Below, piece by piece: positions 36,345 to 44,853 of a DNA stretch of 64,000 nt. This DNA is from Pyrinomonadaceae bacterium (GTDB lineage Bacteria > Acidobacteriota > Blastocatellia > Pyrinomonadales > Pyrinomonadaceae): positions 470-64,469 of the forward strand of contig DATNEI010000107.1 of assembly GCA_035606795.1 (NCBI GenBank), written 5' to 3'. A program made the translations under genes and the position numbers. The notes below the pieces were generated by a model that saw only the letters and a program-made list of their open reading frames with translations, ran no database searches and was not told where the DNA came from. Within the stretch, counting starts at the first letter, position 1; each line of letters begins with the position of its first letter.

Positions 36345-37790
36345 ATGAATCTCAACGAACGAATTCCGAATAACGTTAACCTGAGCGAAGACAAACGTCT
36401 GCAGCGCGCGCTGGAGAAATGGCTGCCGAATTTTCTATCGTGGTGGAACGACATGGGGCCGGAAGGTTTCCAGCAGAAGGATGTCTGGCTGCGCACGGCC
36501 ATCGACGTCGGCAGCGAAGGCTGGGCGCATTTCGATTACGTGAAGATGCCCGAATATCGCTGGGGGATCTTTCTCGAACCTGCACAAGCCGGCGCGAAAG
36601 TCGGTTTCGGCGACAACTACGGCGCGCCGGCTTATCAGGAAGTGCCGGGTGAGTTTCGCAACGCGCTGCGCAGAATCATTGTTACGCAGGGCGATACCGA
36701 ACCGGCGTCCGTTGAGCAGCAAAGACAGTTGGGACACACGTGTCCCTCGCTCTATGACATGCGCAATCTGTTTCAGGTAAACGTCGAAGAAGGTCGTCAC
36801 CTCTGGGCGATGGTTTATCTGCTGCACGGATATTTCGGCCGCGATGGTCGCGATGAAGCCGACGCTTTGCTCGAACGCCGCAGCGGCAATCCCGACAAAC
36901 CTCGGATCCTCGAAGCCTTTAATCAGCCGTGTGACGACTGGTTGAATTTTTACGCGTTCACGATGTTTACGGATCGCGACGGGAAGTATCAGTTGTCCGC
37001 GCTGGCTGAGTCCGGCTTCGAACCTTTGGCGCGCACGTGCCGCTTCATGCTGACGGAAGAAGCGCACCACATGTTTGTCGGCGACACGGGTCTAAGTCGC
37101 GTCGTCAAACGCACGGCGCAATTGATGAAACAGAATGAAGACGTACGCGCAGCCGGCGGCATCCCGCTTGAAATTATTCAGAAGTACATCAACTTCTGGT
37201 TCAGTTATTCGCTTGATCTATTTGGTGGCGAGATTAGTTCAAACTCGGCCGACTTTTTCGCGGCGGGTTTGAAAGGTCGCTTCAAAGAGCAGGAGCAATA
37301 CACTGATCACATCGCGACCGAAGGCGCCTTCACAATGATGGTTGTCGAGGACGGCAAGCTCGTCCCGCGCGAAGTTCCCTTACGGAATGCTTTGAACGAA
37401 GTCCTGCGCGGCGAGTACGTCAAGGATTGCGAGAAAGGCTTGGCGCGTTGGAACAAGGCCCTGGCGGATGAGGGGATAGTGGCGCCGACTTCAGTCGGTG
37501 AGGGCAACCACAGACTGAAGCCTGTGCCACTTTTGTACCTGCCCAATATCCGCTTCCATCGCCACGTCGGTGAATATGCGGGACATCATTTCGACATTGA
37601 AGGCAATTTGATTTCGCAGGAAGCGTTCGCAGCAAAGAAATCTGAGTGGCTGCCGACGATCGAAGACCGCGAGTACGTGCGCAGCTTGATGAAGCCGGTC
37701 ACTGAAGTTGGCAAGATCGCGAATTGGATTGCCCCGCCGACGACGGGAATTAAGGGTAAGCCGTTTGAGTTTGAGTATGTCAGATTGTGA
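36345..37790 (+). CDS. boxB: Benzoyl-CoA 2,3-epoxidase (oxygenase) subunit B (BoxB)
   Basis: MNLNERIPNNVNLSEDKRLQRALEKWLPNFLSWWNDMGPEGF is the family-typical N-terminus, with di-iron ligand regions (EEGRHLW, TEEAHHMF). The track ORF starts at 36222, but those 41 codons are the translated palindrome. Confidence 0.85.
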   Translation: MNLNERIPNNVNLSEDKRLQRALEKWLPNFLSWWNDMGPEGFQQKDVWLRTAIDVGSEGWAHFDYVKMPEYRWGIFLEPAQAGAKVGFGDNYGAPAYQEVPGEFRNALRRIIVTQGDTEPASVEQQRQLGHTCPSLYDMRNLFQVNVEEGRHLWAMVYLLHGYFGRDGRDEADALLERRSGNPDKPRILEAFNQPCDDWLNFYAFTMFTDRDGKYQLSALAESGFEPLARTCRFMLTEEAHHMFVGDTGLSRVVKRTAQLMKQNEDVRAAGGIPLEIIQKYINFWFSYSLDLFGGEISSNSADFFAAGLKGRFKEQEQYTDHIATEGAFTMMVVEDGKLVPREVPLRNALNEVLRGEYVKDCEKGLARWNKALADEGIVAPTSVGEGNHRLKPVPLLYLPNIRFHRHVGEYAGHHFDIEGNLISQEAFAAKKSEWLPTIEDREYVRSLMKPVTEVGKIANWIAPPTTGIKGKPFEFEYVRL

Positions 37791-37880
37791 CATTGGTTCA
37801 TTGAATCATTGATACATTGGTCTCTAGCCAAATTCGAATGATTCAATGGATCAATGAATCAATGAGTCAATGAGTCAATT
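37791..37880. repeat. Hairpin built from inverted arrays of tandem octamers (CATTGNNN x4 / NNTCAATG x5)
   Basis: cattggtt cattgaat cattgata cattgg ... attcaatg gatcaatg aatcaatg agtcaatg agtcaatt. It begins at the boxB stop and its last units contain the TetR ATG (37870). Confidence 0.9.
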
Positions 37881-39063
37881 CTCTCGATACGATCAAAAGC
37901 TCGAGCACATTCTGCGCACGTCTGCGCGCATCTTTGCCGAGAAGAGCTATCACTCAACGTCGATGCGCGACATCTCACGCGCGACGGGTGTCAGCCTCGC
38001 GGGCCTTTATCACTACTGCAAATCCAAAGAAGAGCTGCTCTTCCTGATTCAGGACCACTGCTTCGGACGCCTGCGCGATCGACTCGAGGAACGAATCAAA
38101 CAAGTGGACGATCCGTTCGAGAAGCTGCACATCTTCATCGACAATCATCTGTCGTTCTTCGCCGCGAACATGGCCGAGATGAAGGTGCTCTCGCATGAGG
38201 CTGAATCGCTCGCCGGAGACATGCACGCGCATGTTTCGACCAAGAAGGAAAAATATGCGAAGCTCGCCCGCAAAATTCTCCGCGAGATTCAGGAACAACA
38301 GCCGGCGACAAGCAGAGTCGATTTGACGGTGGCTGCCTACGCGTTGTTCGGGATGATGAACTGGATTTATAACTGGTACGATCCGTCGGGGAAACTTGCA
38401 GTTACCGATCTGGTGGACATTATCGTGCAAATTTTTCTGAACGGGTTTATGGGAAACTCAAAACGCAAGCTCGCCGGCGCTTGGAAATGGAAGCGATCTG
38501 AAAACGCAAACGTTTGGCGCGGCGGCGTAAAGACTATGCTTGCAATTTTGTTGCTCGGTGTGGCGTTGCTCCGGCCGGCAATAGGTGCCGCGCAAGAGGC
38601 GCGCTCGAAACCCCAACTGCCGTGTTTGGGATCGCCGGTCTATGGCGGGAATACAAAATATGAGGAGATCTCTCAGGAGCCCCGTCCTGGTATTAAGGCC
38701 GAAGGCTATCCGAAAGGAGCCAATAAGAAACCGGCTCCCAGGGAGATGTTGACTGTCTTCCTGGTAGTCTTCAAGGGAGTTGAATATCACGTGTTTGTCG
38801 ACGCAGACCAGATTATTCAGCGTATCACTACTTCGGATCACCATTTTAAGACGCCTGAAGGTGTGGCGGTCGGAGATACAGCGACGAGCGTTAAGCCGCT
38901 CGCCCAGGCGACTCCTGCCAACCCATGCGGATATTCCCTCGAGCTGGCATCAGGTTGGATAGTTGATTTTGGTTCGAACAGCGAGGCCGCGAACGGAAGT
39001 CTGTCCGACGATGCTACCGTCAAGAGTTTTTCAATGCGGCTACGATCCAAGAAGTCGCATTGA
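37870..39063 (+). CDS. TetR-family regulator continuous, with no stop, with a basic linker, one TM helix and a ~165-aa extracytoplasmic domain
   Basis: HTH SMRDISRATGVSLAGLYHYCKSKEELL. The TetR core ends near residue 195. It is followed by KRKLAGAWKWKRSENANVWRGGVKT, then MLAILLLGVALLRPAIGAA (internal ATG at 38536). Confidence 0.6.
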   Translation: MSQFSRYDQKLEHILRTSARIFAEKSYHSTSMRDISRATGVSLAGLYHYCKSKEELLFLIQDHCFGRLRDRLEERIKQVDDPFEKLHIFIDNHLSFFAANMAEMKVLSHEAESLAGDMHAHVSTKKEKYAKLARKILREIQEQQPATSRVDLTVAAYALFGMMNWIYNWYDPSGKLAVTDLVDIIVQIFLNGFMGNSKRKLAGAWKWKRSENANVWRGGVKTMLAILLLGVALLRPAIGAAQEARSKPQLPCLGSPVYGGNTKYEEISQEPRPGIKAEGYPKGANKKPAPREMLTVFLVVFKGVEYHVFVDADQIIQRITTSDHHFKTPEGVAVGDTATSVKPLAQATPANPCGYSLELASGWIVDFGSNSEAANGSLSDDATVKSFSMRLRSKKSH

Positions 39064-39117
39064 ATCCAGAATCAGGACAAATACGCTCGCTCAATGTAGC
39101 GCTGCTAACCACAATTA

Positions 39118-40383
39118 ATGGCAAAACTTTTTTTGAGCCGGCGATTTCTTCTGACTCTCACTCTTATTGCGGCCGCTTGTTTGACGCACGTTTCGATCAG
39201 CGCTGCGCAGCGTCGATCCAAAAAGCCCCGAATCCAATCGGGACCGGTTCATAAATTCGCCGCCGGTACATCCGCCCAAGGGATCAAGTTCGAATTAGTC
39301 AATAACCTCGTTTTGGTCCAAGCGCGCGTAAATAACTCTGAGCCGCTTTGGTTCATTTTTGACACCGGCGCAAGTAATACAGTTATTGACACTAAGCGCG
39401 CGGAGACGCTCGGCCTAAAAGCACACGGGAAGATTGTGAGCACGGGTGCAGCCGGAAAAGCAGAGGCGCAGCGCGTGCCCGACGTCAATATTCAGTTCCC
39501 GGGATTTGAAATCGCGCGGCTGACTGTTTATACGCTGCCGATCGATTTCTTCTCGGCGCACTTCGGCTTTCCCATCGGCGGAATCATAGGCAATGACATT
39601 ATTGGCCGCGTGGTTGCCGAAATTGATTATGAGAAGCATGAACTGAGTTTCTACGATGTCGCGAGTTACACAACTGAGGCCGGCGGTCAGGTGTTTCCGG
39701 TGACTTTGCAGGGTGGCCTGCCGATGATTCAAACGAAGTTTGCATTGGCGAACCGAGAGTTCTCAGGGACATTTGAGATCGACACCGGCTCAACTGGAGC
39801 TATGCAAATCAATACACCGTTTGTCCGCCGGCACAATCTTTTGTCGCTTGTGAAGCGATCCAAAAAAGAACGATTAGGCGGCGTCGGCGGCACGGCAGAG
39901 GCGGTCACCACGCGTCTTGAGAGCGTGACCCTTGGTAAATATCGTTTGCCGAATTCGATTGGCAAGCTGTCTCTGGCGAAACAGGGTGACTATTCCAGCC
40001 GGCGTTACGACGGGTTGCTCGGCGGTCCAATCTTTCGCCGCTTTAAGCTGGTGGTTGACTTGTCGCGACGCAGAATAACTTTCCAACCTAACGGTGCGCT
40101 CAATGAGCCTTTTGAAGCCGACATGAGCGGATTAGAATTGGTCGCCGACGGTGACGACCTGGCGACATATCTGATTGACGACCTCGAACCGGACACGCCC
40201 GCTACCGAGGCCGGCATCAAGGGGGGCGAGACGCTGCTCGCTATTGACGGTCGACCGGCTTCAGAGTTTTCGTTGGAAGAGATTCGCCGTATGTTTATGC
40301 ATGATAGACGCGAATATGACCTAACCCTGAAGCGTGATAAGGACACGATTCACGTCAAGTTAAAACTTAGAAGATTGGTTTAG
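39118..40383 (+). CDS. Secreted two-lobed retropepsin-like aspartic protease with a C-terminal PDZ domain
   Basis: Signal peptide, two DTG motifs (WFIFDTGASNTVID and FEIDTGSTGAMQIN) and a PDZ-like GIKGGETLLAIDGRPASEFSLEEIRRMF. Confidence 0.6.
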   Translation: MAKLFLSRRFLLTLTLIAAACLTHVSISAAQRRSKKPRIQSGPVHKFAAGTSAQGIKFELVNNLVLVQARVNNSEPLWFIFDTGASNTVIDTKRAETLGLKAHGKIVSTGAAGKAEAQRVPDVNIQFPGFEIARLTVYTLPIDFFSAHFGFPIGGIIGNDIIGRVVAEIDYEKHELSFYDVASYTTEAGGQVFPVTLQGGLPMIQTKFALANREFSGTFEIDTGSTGAMQINTPFVRRHNLLSLVKRSKKERLGGVGGTAEAVTTRLESVTLGKYRLPNSIGKLSLAKQGDYSSRRYDGLLGGPIFRRFKLVVDLSRRRITFQPNGALNEPFEADMSGLELVADGDDLATYLIDDLEPDTPATEAGIKGGETLLAIDGRPASEFSLEEIRRMFMHDRREYDLTLKRDKDTIHVKLKLRRLV

Positions 40384-40390
40384 ACAACAG

Positions 40391-41221
40391 ATGGTTCAAG
40401 CCCAGAAAGATTTAAGCGTGGCAACTGACAAACAACTAATTGGCTACGAGGTGAAAGATGGCGTGGCGCTGTTCACGCTCAACGATCCGCCGGCAAACAC
40501 CTACTCGTACGCGATGATGCAAGAGCTCGACGCGTGTATTCTGCAAGCGCGGATGGACGAAGCTGTTCAAGTCATCGTCATCACGGGCGCGGGCGAGAAA
40601 TTCTTCTGCGCGGGCGCGAACATCGCGATGCTCAGCGAAGTCACGCCGGAGTTCAAATACTATTTCTGTCTGCACGCGAATGAAACGATGTGTCGTCTGG
40701 AACAGACCCCGAAGCTGGTGATTGCGGCCATCAATGGGCATTGCGTCGGCGGCGGTTTGGAAGTCGCGATGGCCGCCGACATTCGCATCGCGCGACGTGG
40801 CGCAGGAAAGATGGGACTTCCGGAAGTTTCGCTTGGCGTTTTGCCGGGCACGGGTGGGACGCAGCGGCTCGCGCGTTTGGTGGGAAAATCAAAAGCGATC
40901 GAGTTGATGGCGACCGGTGAGCTGTTTGATTTCGAGAGAGGTGAAGCGCTTGGCCTCGTGAATCGAATCATCGACGCAAACGACGCCGCGGATTTCATGA
41001 AACGATCGCTCGAATACGCTGGGCAATTCACCACACCGAACAAACCTTCACGCGCGGTGGGCCGCATCAAGCGCGCGGTACAAACCGGCGCCGAGATTCC
41101 GCTCGAATCCGGACTGGCGTTGGAACGCGAGCTTCAACAGCAACTGTTTCAGTCGGAAGATGCGAAAGAAGGTCTCGACGCGTACGTAAACAAGCGCAAG
41201 GCAGAATTCAAAGGAAAGTAA
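40391..41221 (+). CDS. Enoyl-CoA hydratase/isomerase (crotonase) family protein
   Basis: FCAGANI...INGHCVGGGLEVAMAADIRIA...GLPEVSLGVLPGTGGTQRL. Confidence 0.85.
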   Translation: MVQAQKDLSVATDKQLIGYEVKDGVALFTLNDPPANTYSYAMMQELDACILQARMDEAVQVIVITGAGEKFFCAGANIAMLSEVTPEFKYYFCLHANETMCRLEQTPKLVIAAINGHCVGGGLEVAMAADIRIARRGAGKMGLPEVSLGVLPGTGGTQRLARLVGKSKAIELMATGELFDFERGEALGLVNRIIDANDAADFMKRSLEYAGQFTTPNKPSRAVGRIKRAVQTGAEIPLESGLALERELQQQLFQSEDAKEGLDAYVNKRKAEFKGK

Positions 41222-41292
41222 GCAGTTAGCAGTGAGCAGTAAGCAGCGAAATGCTTTTTAACTGCTCACGGTTCACTGCTCACTGCTCACTG
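41221..41292. repeat. Hairpin built from inverted arrays of tandem heptamers (AGCAGTN x4 / CACTGCT-type x4-5)
   Basis: agcagtt agcagtg agcagta agcagcg ... aactgct cacggtt cactgct cactgct cactg. It starts inside the upstream stop codon and ends 2 nt before the next ATG. Confidence 0.9.
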
Positions 41293-41294
41293 AA

Positions 41295-42086
41295 ATGCAC
41301 AACGATCAAATCACAGTTTCCGAAGATAACGGCATCGTCACCATCACGCTTAACCGACCTGAGAAGCTGAACGCTTTCGTCGGGCACATGCGGCGCGATC
41401 TGGCTGAGGCGCTCGAGGAAGCCGGCAGCGATCCGGACGTGCGCGTGATTATTGTAACCGGCGCCGGTCGGGCCTTCTGCGCTGGCGGCGACGTCAATTT
41501 CATGGCGGAGCTAATCGAACGAAATAATTCGGAAGAATTCGCGCGGCTACTCGGCGCAGCGCGGCGCGTCATCCTCGCAATCCGCCACATGACCAAGCCG
41601 GTCATTGCTTCGATCAATGGACCGGCATCAGGGGCTGGATTCAATCTGGCGCTCGCCTGCGATCTGCGCATCGCCTCCGCCGACGCGACCTTCAGTCAAT
41701 CGTTCGTGAAGATCGGCTTTCATCCTGATTGGGGAGGCACCTACTTTTTGCCGCGGATGGTGCCGTCAAACGTTGCGTGCGAACTTTTCTTTCTCGGCGA
41801 GCCAATCGACGCGCAGGCGGCACTGCAGCTCAACCTGGTGAATCGCGTAGTGCCTGCCGATCAACTCGAAAACGAAACACGCGCGCTGGCTGAGCGTTTG
41901 CGCGACAGCGCGGCTATCTCCATTGGCGCAGCCAAGCAAGCTGTATACGCGAGCGAACAGGATACACTCGACCGCATGCTGCAATACGAAGTGGATGCGC
42001 AGATGCGTTGCTTTGCTTCTGAAGACGGCCGCGAAGGTGTGCGCGCATTCCTGGAGAAACGTCCACCGAATTTCACCGGACGGTGA
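41295..42086 (+). CDS. Enoyl-CoA hydratase/isomerase (crotonase) family protein
   Basis: FCAGGDV...INGPASGAGFNLALACDLRIA...FHPDWGGTYFLPR. Confidence 0.85.
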   Translation: MHNDQITVSEDNGIVTITLNRPEKLNAFVGHMRRDLAEALEEAGSDPDVRVIIVTGAGRAFCAGGDVNFMAELIERNNSEEFARLLGAARRVILAIRHMTKPVIASINGPASGAGFNLALACDLRIASADATFSQSFVKIGFHPDWGGTYFLPRMVPSNVACELFFLGEPIDAQAALQLNLVNRVVPADQLENETRALAERLRDSAAISIGAAKQAVYASEQDTLDRMLQYEVDAQMRCFASEDGREGVRAFLEKRPPNFTGR

Positions 42087-42089
42087 ATT

Positions 42090-42170
42090 CAGTTTCGTGT
42101 TACGAGTTTCGAGTTTCGAGTTTCGAGTTGTCAATTAATAAACGAACTAGAAACTAGAAACTGGAAACTG
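42090..42170. repeat. Hairpin built from inverted arrays of tandem heptamers (GAGTTTC / GAAACTA-type)
   Basis: cagtttcgtgttacgagtttcgagtttcgagtttcgagttg ... cgaactagaaactagaaactggaaactg. It fills the whole intergenic gap. Confidence 0.9.
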
Positions 42171-42172
42171 TA

Positions 42173-42955
42173 ATGAAATTACAGAACAGGCTCGCATTCA
42201 TTACCGGCGGAGGCCGCGGCATTGGCCGCGCGATTGCGATTGCTTTCGCGCAAGAAGGCGCGTCGGTTGCTGTCGCCGCACGGACGCAAGATCAAATCGA
42301 ATCAGTGGCTGCCGAGATAAATGGACAGCACGATGCGGCGGCGTTTGCAGTCAACTGTGACGTGGCTTCCGCTGAAAGCGTCAAGCGCGCATTTGAGCTT
42401 ACGAATGAGAAGTTTGGCCGGGCCCCCGACATTCTCGTGAATAACGCCGGCGTCGTGGAGACTGCGCCGTTCATCAAGACCGACGAAGCCATTTGGCAGC
42501 GCCATATCGCGGTTAATCTCACGGGAACCTTTCATTGCACACACGCAGCGTTGACGGCAATGATCCGCGGTCATTGGGGCCGAGTAATCAATGTTGCTTC
42601 GATTGCCGGCAAGACTGGGGCGCCTTATATCTCCGCCTATGCCGCGTCCAAACACGGCGTGCTCGGATTAACTCGATCGCTCGCGTTGGAAGTGGCGCCG
42701 CTTGGCATTACGGTTAATGCTATCTGTCCGGGCTATGTCGACACCGAGATGACCGCACGTGGAGTCGAAAACATTGTGGCGCGCACGGCGATTTCAAAAG
42801 ACGAAGCTATTCGCGCGCTTGAAACAATGAGTCCGCAAAATCGACTGATCACCGCCGAAGAAGTTGCCGCGCTGGCCGTGTTGCTGGCTTCAGAAGAAGG
42901 TCGCGGCATCAATGGACAGGCGATCAATGTTGATGGCGGGACCGTTCTGTTCTGA
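42173..42955 (+). CDS. Short-chain dehydrogenase/reductase (3-hydroxyacyl-CoA dehydrogenase / FabG-like)
   Basis: TGGGRGIGRAIA cofactor motif and YAASKHG catalytic motif. Confidence 0.85.
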   Translation: MKLQNRLAFITGGGRGIGRAIAIAFAQEGASVAVAARTQDQIESVAAEINGQHDAAAFAVNCDVASAESVKRAFELTNEKFGRAPDILVNNAGVVETAPFIKTDEAIWQRHIAVNLTGTFHCTHAALTAMIRGHWGRVINVASIAGKTGAPYISAYAASKHGVLGLTRSLALEVAPLGITVNAICPGYVDTEMTARGVENIVARTAISKDEAIRALETMSPQNRLITAEEVAALAVLLASEEGRGINGQAINVDGGTVLF

Positions 42956-42956
42956 A

Positions 42957-43046
42957 CAGTTTCAAGTTTAAGGTTTCAAGTTTCAAGTTCGCTGCAAAAA
43001 CTTGAAACCTGAAACTTGAAACCCGAAACTCGAAACTTGAAACTTG
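42957..43046. repeat. Hairpin built from inverted arrays of tandem heptamers (AGTTTCA x5 / ACTTGAA x7)
   Basis: cagtttcaagtttaaggtttcaagtttcaagttcgc tgcaaaa acttgaaacctgaaacttgaaacccgaaactcgaaacttgaaacttgaa. It ends 1 nt before the aspS ATG. Confidence 0.9.
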
Positions 43047-43047
43047 A

Positions 43048-44853
43048 ATGATTGAGAATCTTTACAACCTCGAGCGCACCCATTCATGCGGTGCGCTGCG
43101 CAAGAAAAACGTGGGCGAGCGCGTGACGTTGATGGGCTGGTGCGCGCGGCGGCGTGATTTCGGGCCGCTGACTTTCATCGACTTGCGTGACCGCGATGGC
43201 CTTACGCAAATTGTCGTGAATCAGGAAAACGCTTCCGAAGCGCACGCCAAAGCGAAAGACGTGCGCGGAGAATACGTGTTGGCGGTCAGCGGCCAAGTCG
43301 TGCTGCGCGACGAAAACTCGCGCAATCCGAAGATCGCCACCGGCGACATCGAAATCCAGGCCACGGAAATTCGAATTCTGAACGATGCGCGCACGCTGCC
43401 CTTCCAACTGGACGCGTCTGAGACGGCGCTCGCGGCTGAAGATCTGCGTTTGAAATATCGGTATCTCGATTTGCGGCGGCCGCAACTGCAATCGAACCTG
43501 CGCCTGCGCCATCGCATGCTTCTGGAAATCAATCGATACATGGACGAGCAGGGCTTCACGCAGATCGAAACACCGAACCTGATCAAATCAACGCCCGAAG
43601 GCGCGCGCGATTACATCGTCCCGTCGCGCGTCCAGCCCGGAAAATTCTTCGCGCTGCCGCAAAGCCCGCAAATTTTCAAACAGATTTGCATGATTGCGGG
43701 ACTCGACAAGTACTACCAAATCGCGCGCTGCTTTCGCGACGAAGACCTGCGCGCAGATCGACAGCCGGAGTTTTCGCAGCTCGACGTTGAGATGAGCTTT
43801 GCGACGCCGGACCAGGTTTACAAATTGGTCGAAGGGTTGTTTGCGCGAATTTTTCGCTTGATTGATGTCGACCTGGCAGTTCCCTTTCCGCGCTTCACAT
43901 TCGCTGAAGTCATGCGCCGTTTTGGCTCCGATAAACCAGACCTGCGCATCCCCGCGATGGAGTTGCAGGATCTTTCACCGGCCCTCGCTGAAACAACCTT
44001 CGCACCTTACGCGTCAGTGCTCTCAGCCGGCGGTAAGATCAAAGGCATCGTGGTGGGCGGCGGCGCGTCGATGTCGCGCAAGGCGCTCGATGAGTTGCAG
44101 GAATTCGTAAAGCGGTATGGTGCGACGGCTTTGGCCTGGATCAAACTTGGCGATGAACTTACATCGTCGCTGCTGAAAGCGCTGGGCAACGAGAAGGTTG
44201 TCGATCTCGCCGGACTCGCCGGCGCGCAGAAGGGCGATGCTGTGCTAATCGTCGCCGGCAAGCGTGACGTCGTCGCGGCCAGTCTTGGGGCGCTGCGCAA
44301 CGAAGTCGCGAAACGTGAGGGCTTAATTCCAGAGGGCGTGTACGCGCCGCTGTGGGTGAGTGAGTTTCCGATGTTCGAATATCACGAAGATGATGGGCGT
44401 TATTACGCGATGCATCATCCCTTCACCTCGCCTCTGGATGAAGACGTTCTTACGCTTGAGCGCGCGGTGGGCGGAGAGCCGGAGTTGTTCCGCCAATTGC
44501 GCGCCAAAGCCTACGACGCAGTTATCAATGGAGTGGAAGCCGCGGGAGGCTCGATTAGAATTCATCGGCGCGACGTGCAATCGCTGGTCTTCAAAGCATT
44601 GGGCATGAGCGAAGAGCAAGCCCGCGCGCGCTTTGGCTTCTTCCTCGACGCTTTGGCTTACGGCACACCACCGCACGGCGGCATCGCGGCTGGAATCGAA
44701 CGCACGTTGATGGTGCTCGTGCCAACCGAAAACATTCGCGACGTGATGGCGTTTCCCAAGACAGCTTCAGCCCAGGATCTAATGATCGATGCACCCGGCG
44801 AAGTTGATCAGAAGCAGTTGGAGGAGCTGCATCTGAAGATCGTGGATAATTAG
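43048..44853 (+). CDS. aspS: Aspartate--tRNA ligase
   Basis: Class II motifs including FRDEDLRADRQPEFSQLDVEMSF and GGIAAGIERTLMVL. 601 aa. Confidence 0.95.
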   Translation: MIENLYNLERTHSCGALRKKNVGERVTLMGWCARRRDFGPLTFIDLRDRDGLTQIVVNQENASEAHAKAKDVRGEYVLAVSGQVVLRDENSRNPKIATGDIEIQATEIRILNDARTLPFQLDASETALAAEDLRLKYRYLDLRRPQLQSNLRLRHRMLLEINRYMDEQGFTQIETPNLIKSTPEGARDYIVPSRVQPGKFFALPQSPQIFKQICMIAGLDKYYQIARCFRDEDLRADRQPEFSQLDVEMSFATPDQVYKLVEGLFARIFRLIDVDLAVPFPRFTFAEVMRRFGSDKPDLRIPAMELQDLSPALAETTFAPYASVLSAGGKIKGIVVGGGASMSRKALDELQEFVKRYGATALAWIKLGDELTSSLLKALGNEKVVDLAGLAGAQKGDAVLIVAGKRDVVAASLGALRNEVAKREGLIPEGVYAPLWVSEFPMFEYHEDDGRYYAMHHPFTSPLDEDVLTLERAVGGEPELFRQLRAKAYDAVINGVEAAGGSIRIHRRDVQSLVFKALGMSEEQARARFGFFLDALAYGTPPHGGIAAGIERTLMVLVPTENIRDVMAFPKTASAQDLMIDAPGEVDQKQLEELHLKIVDN

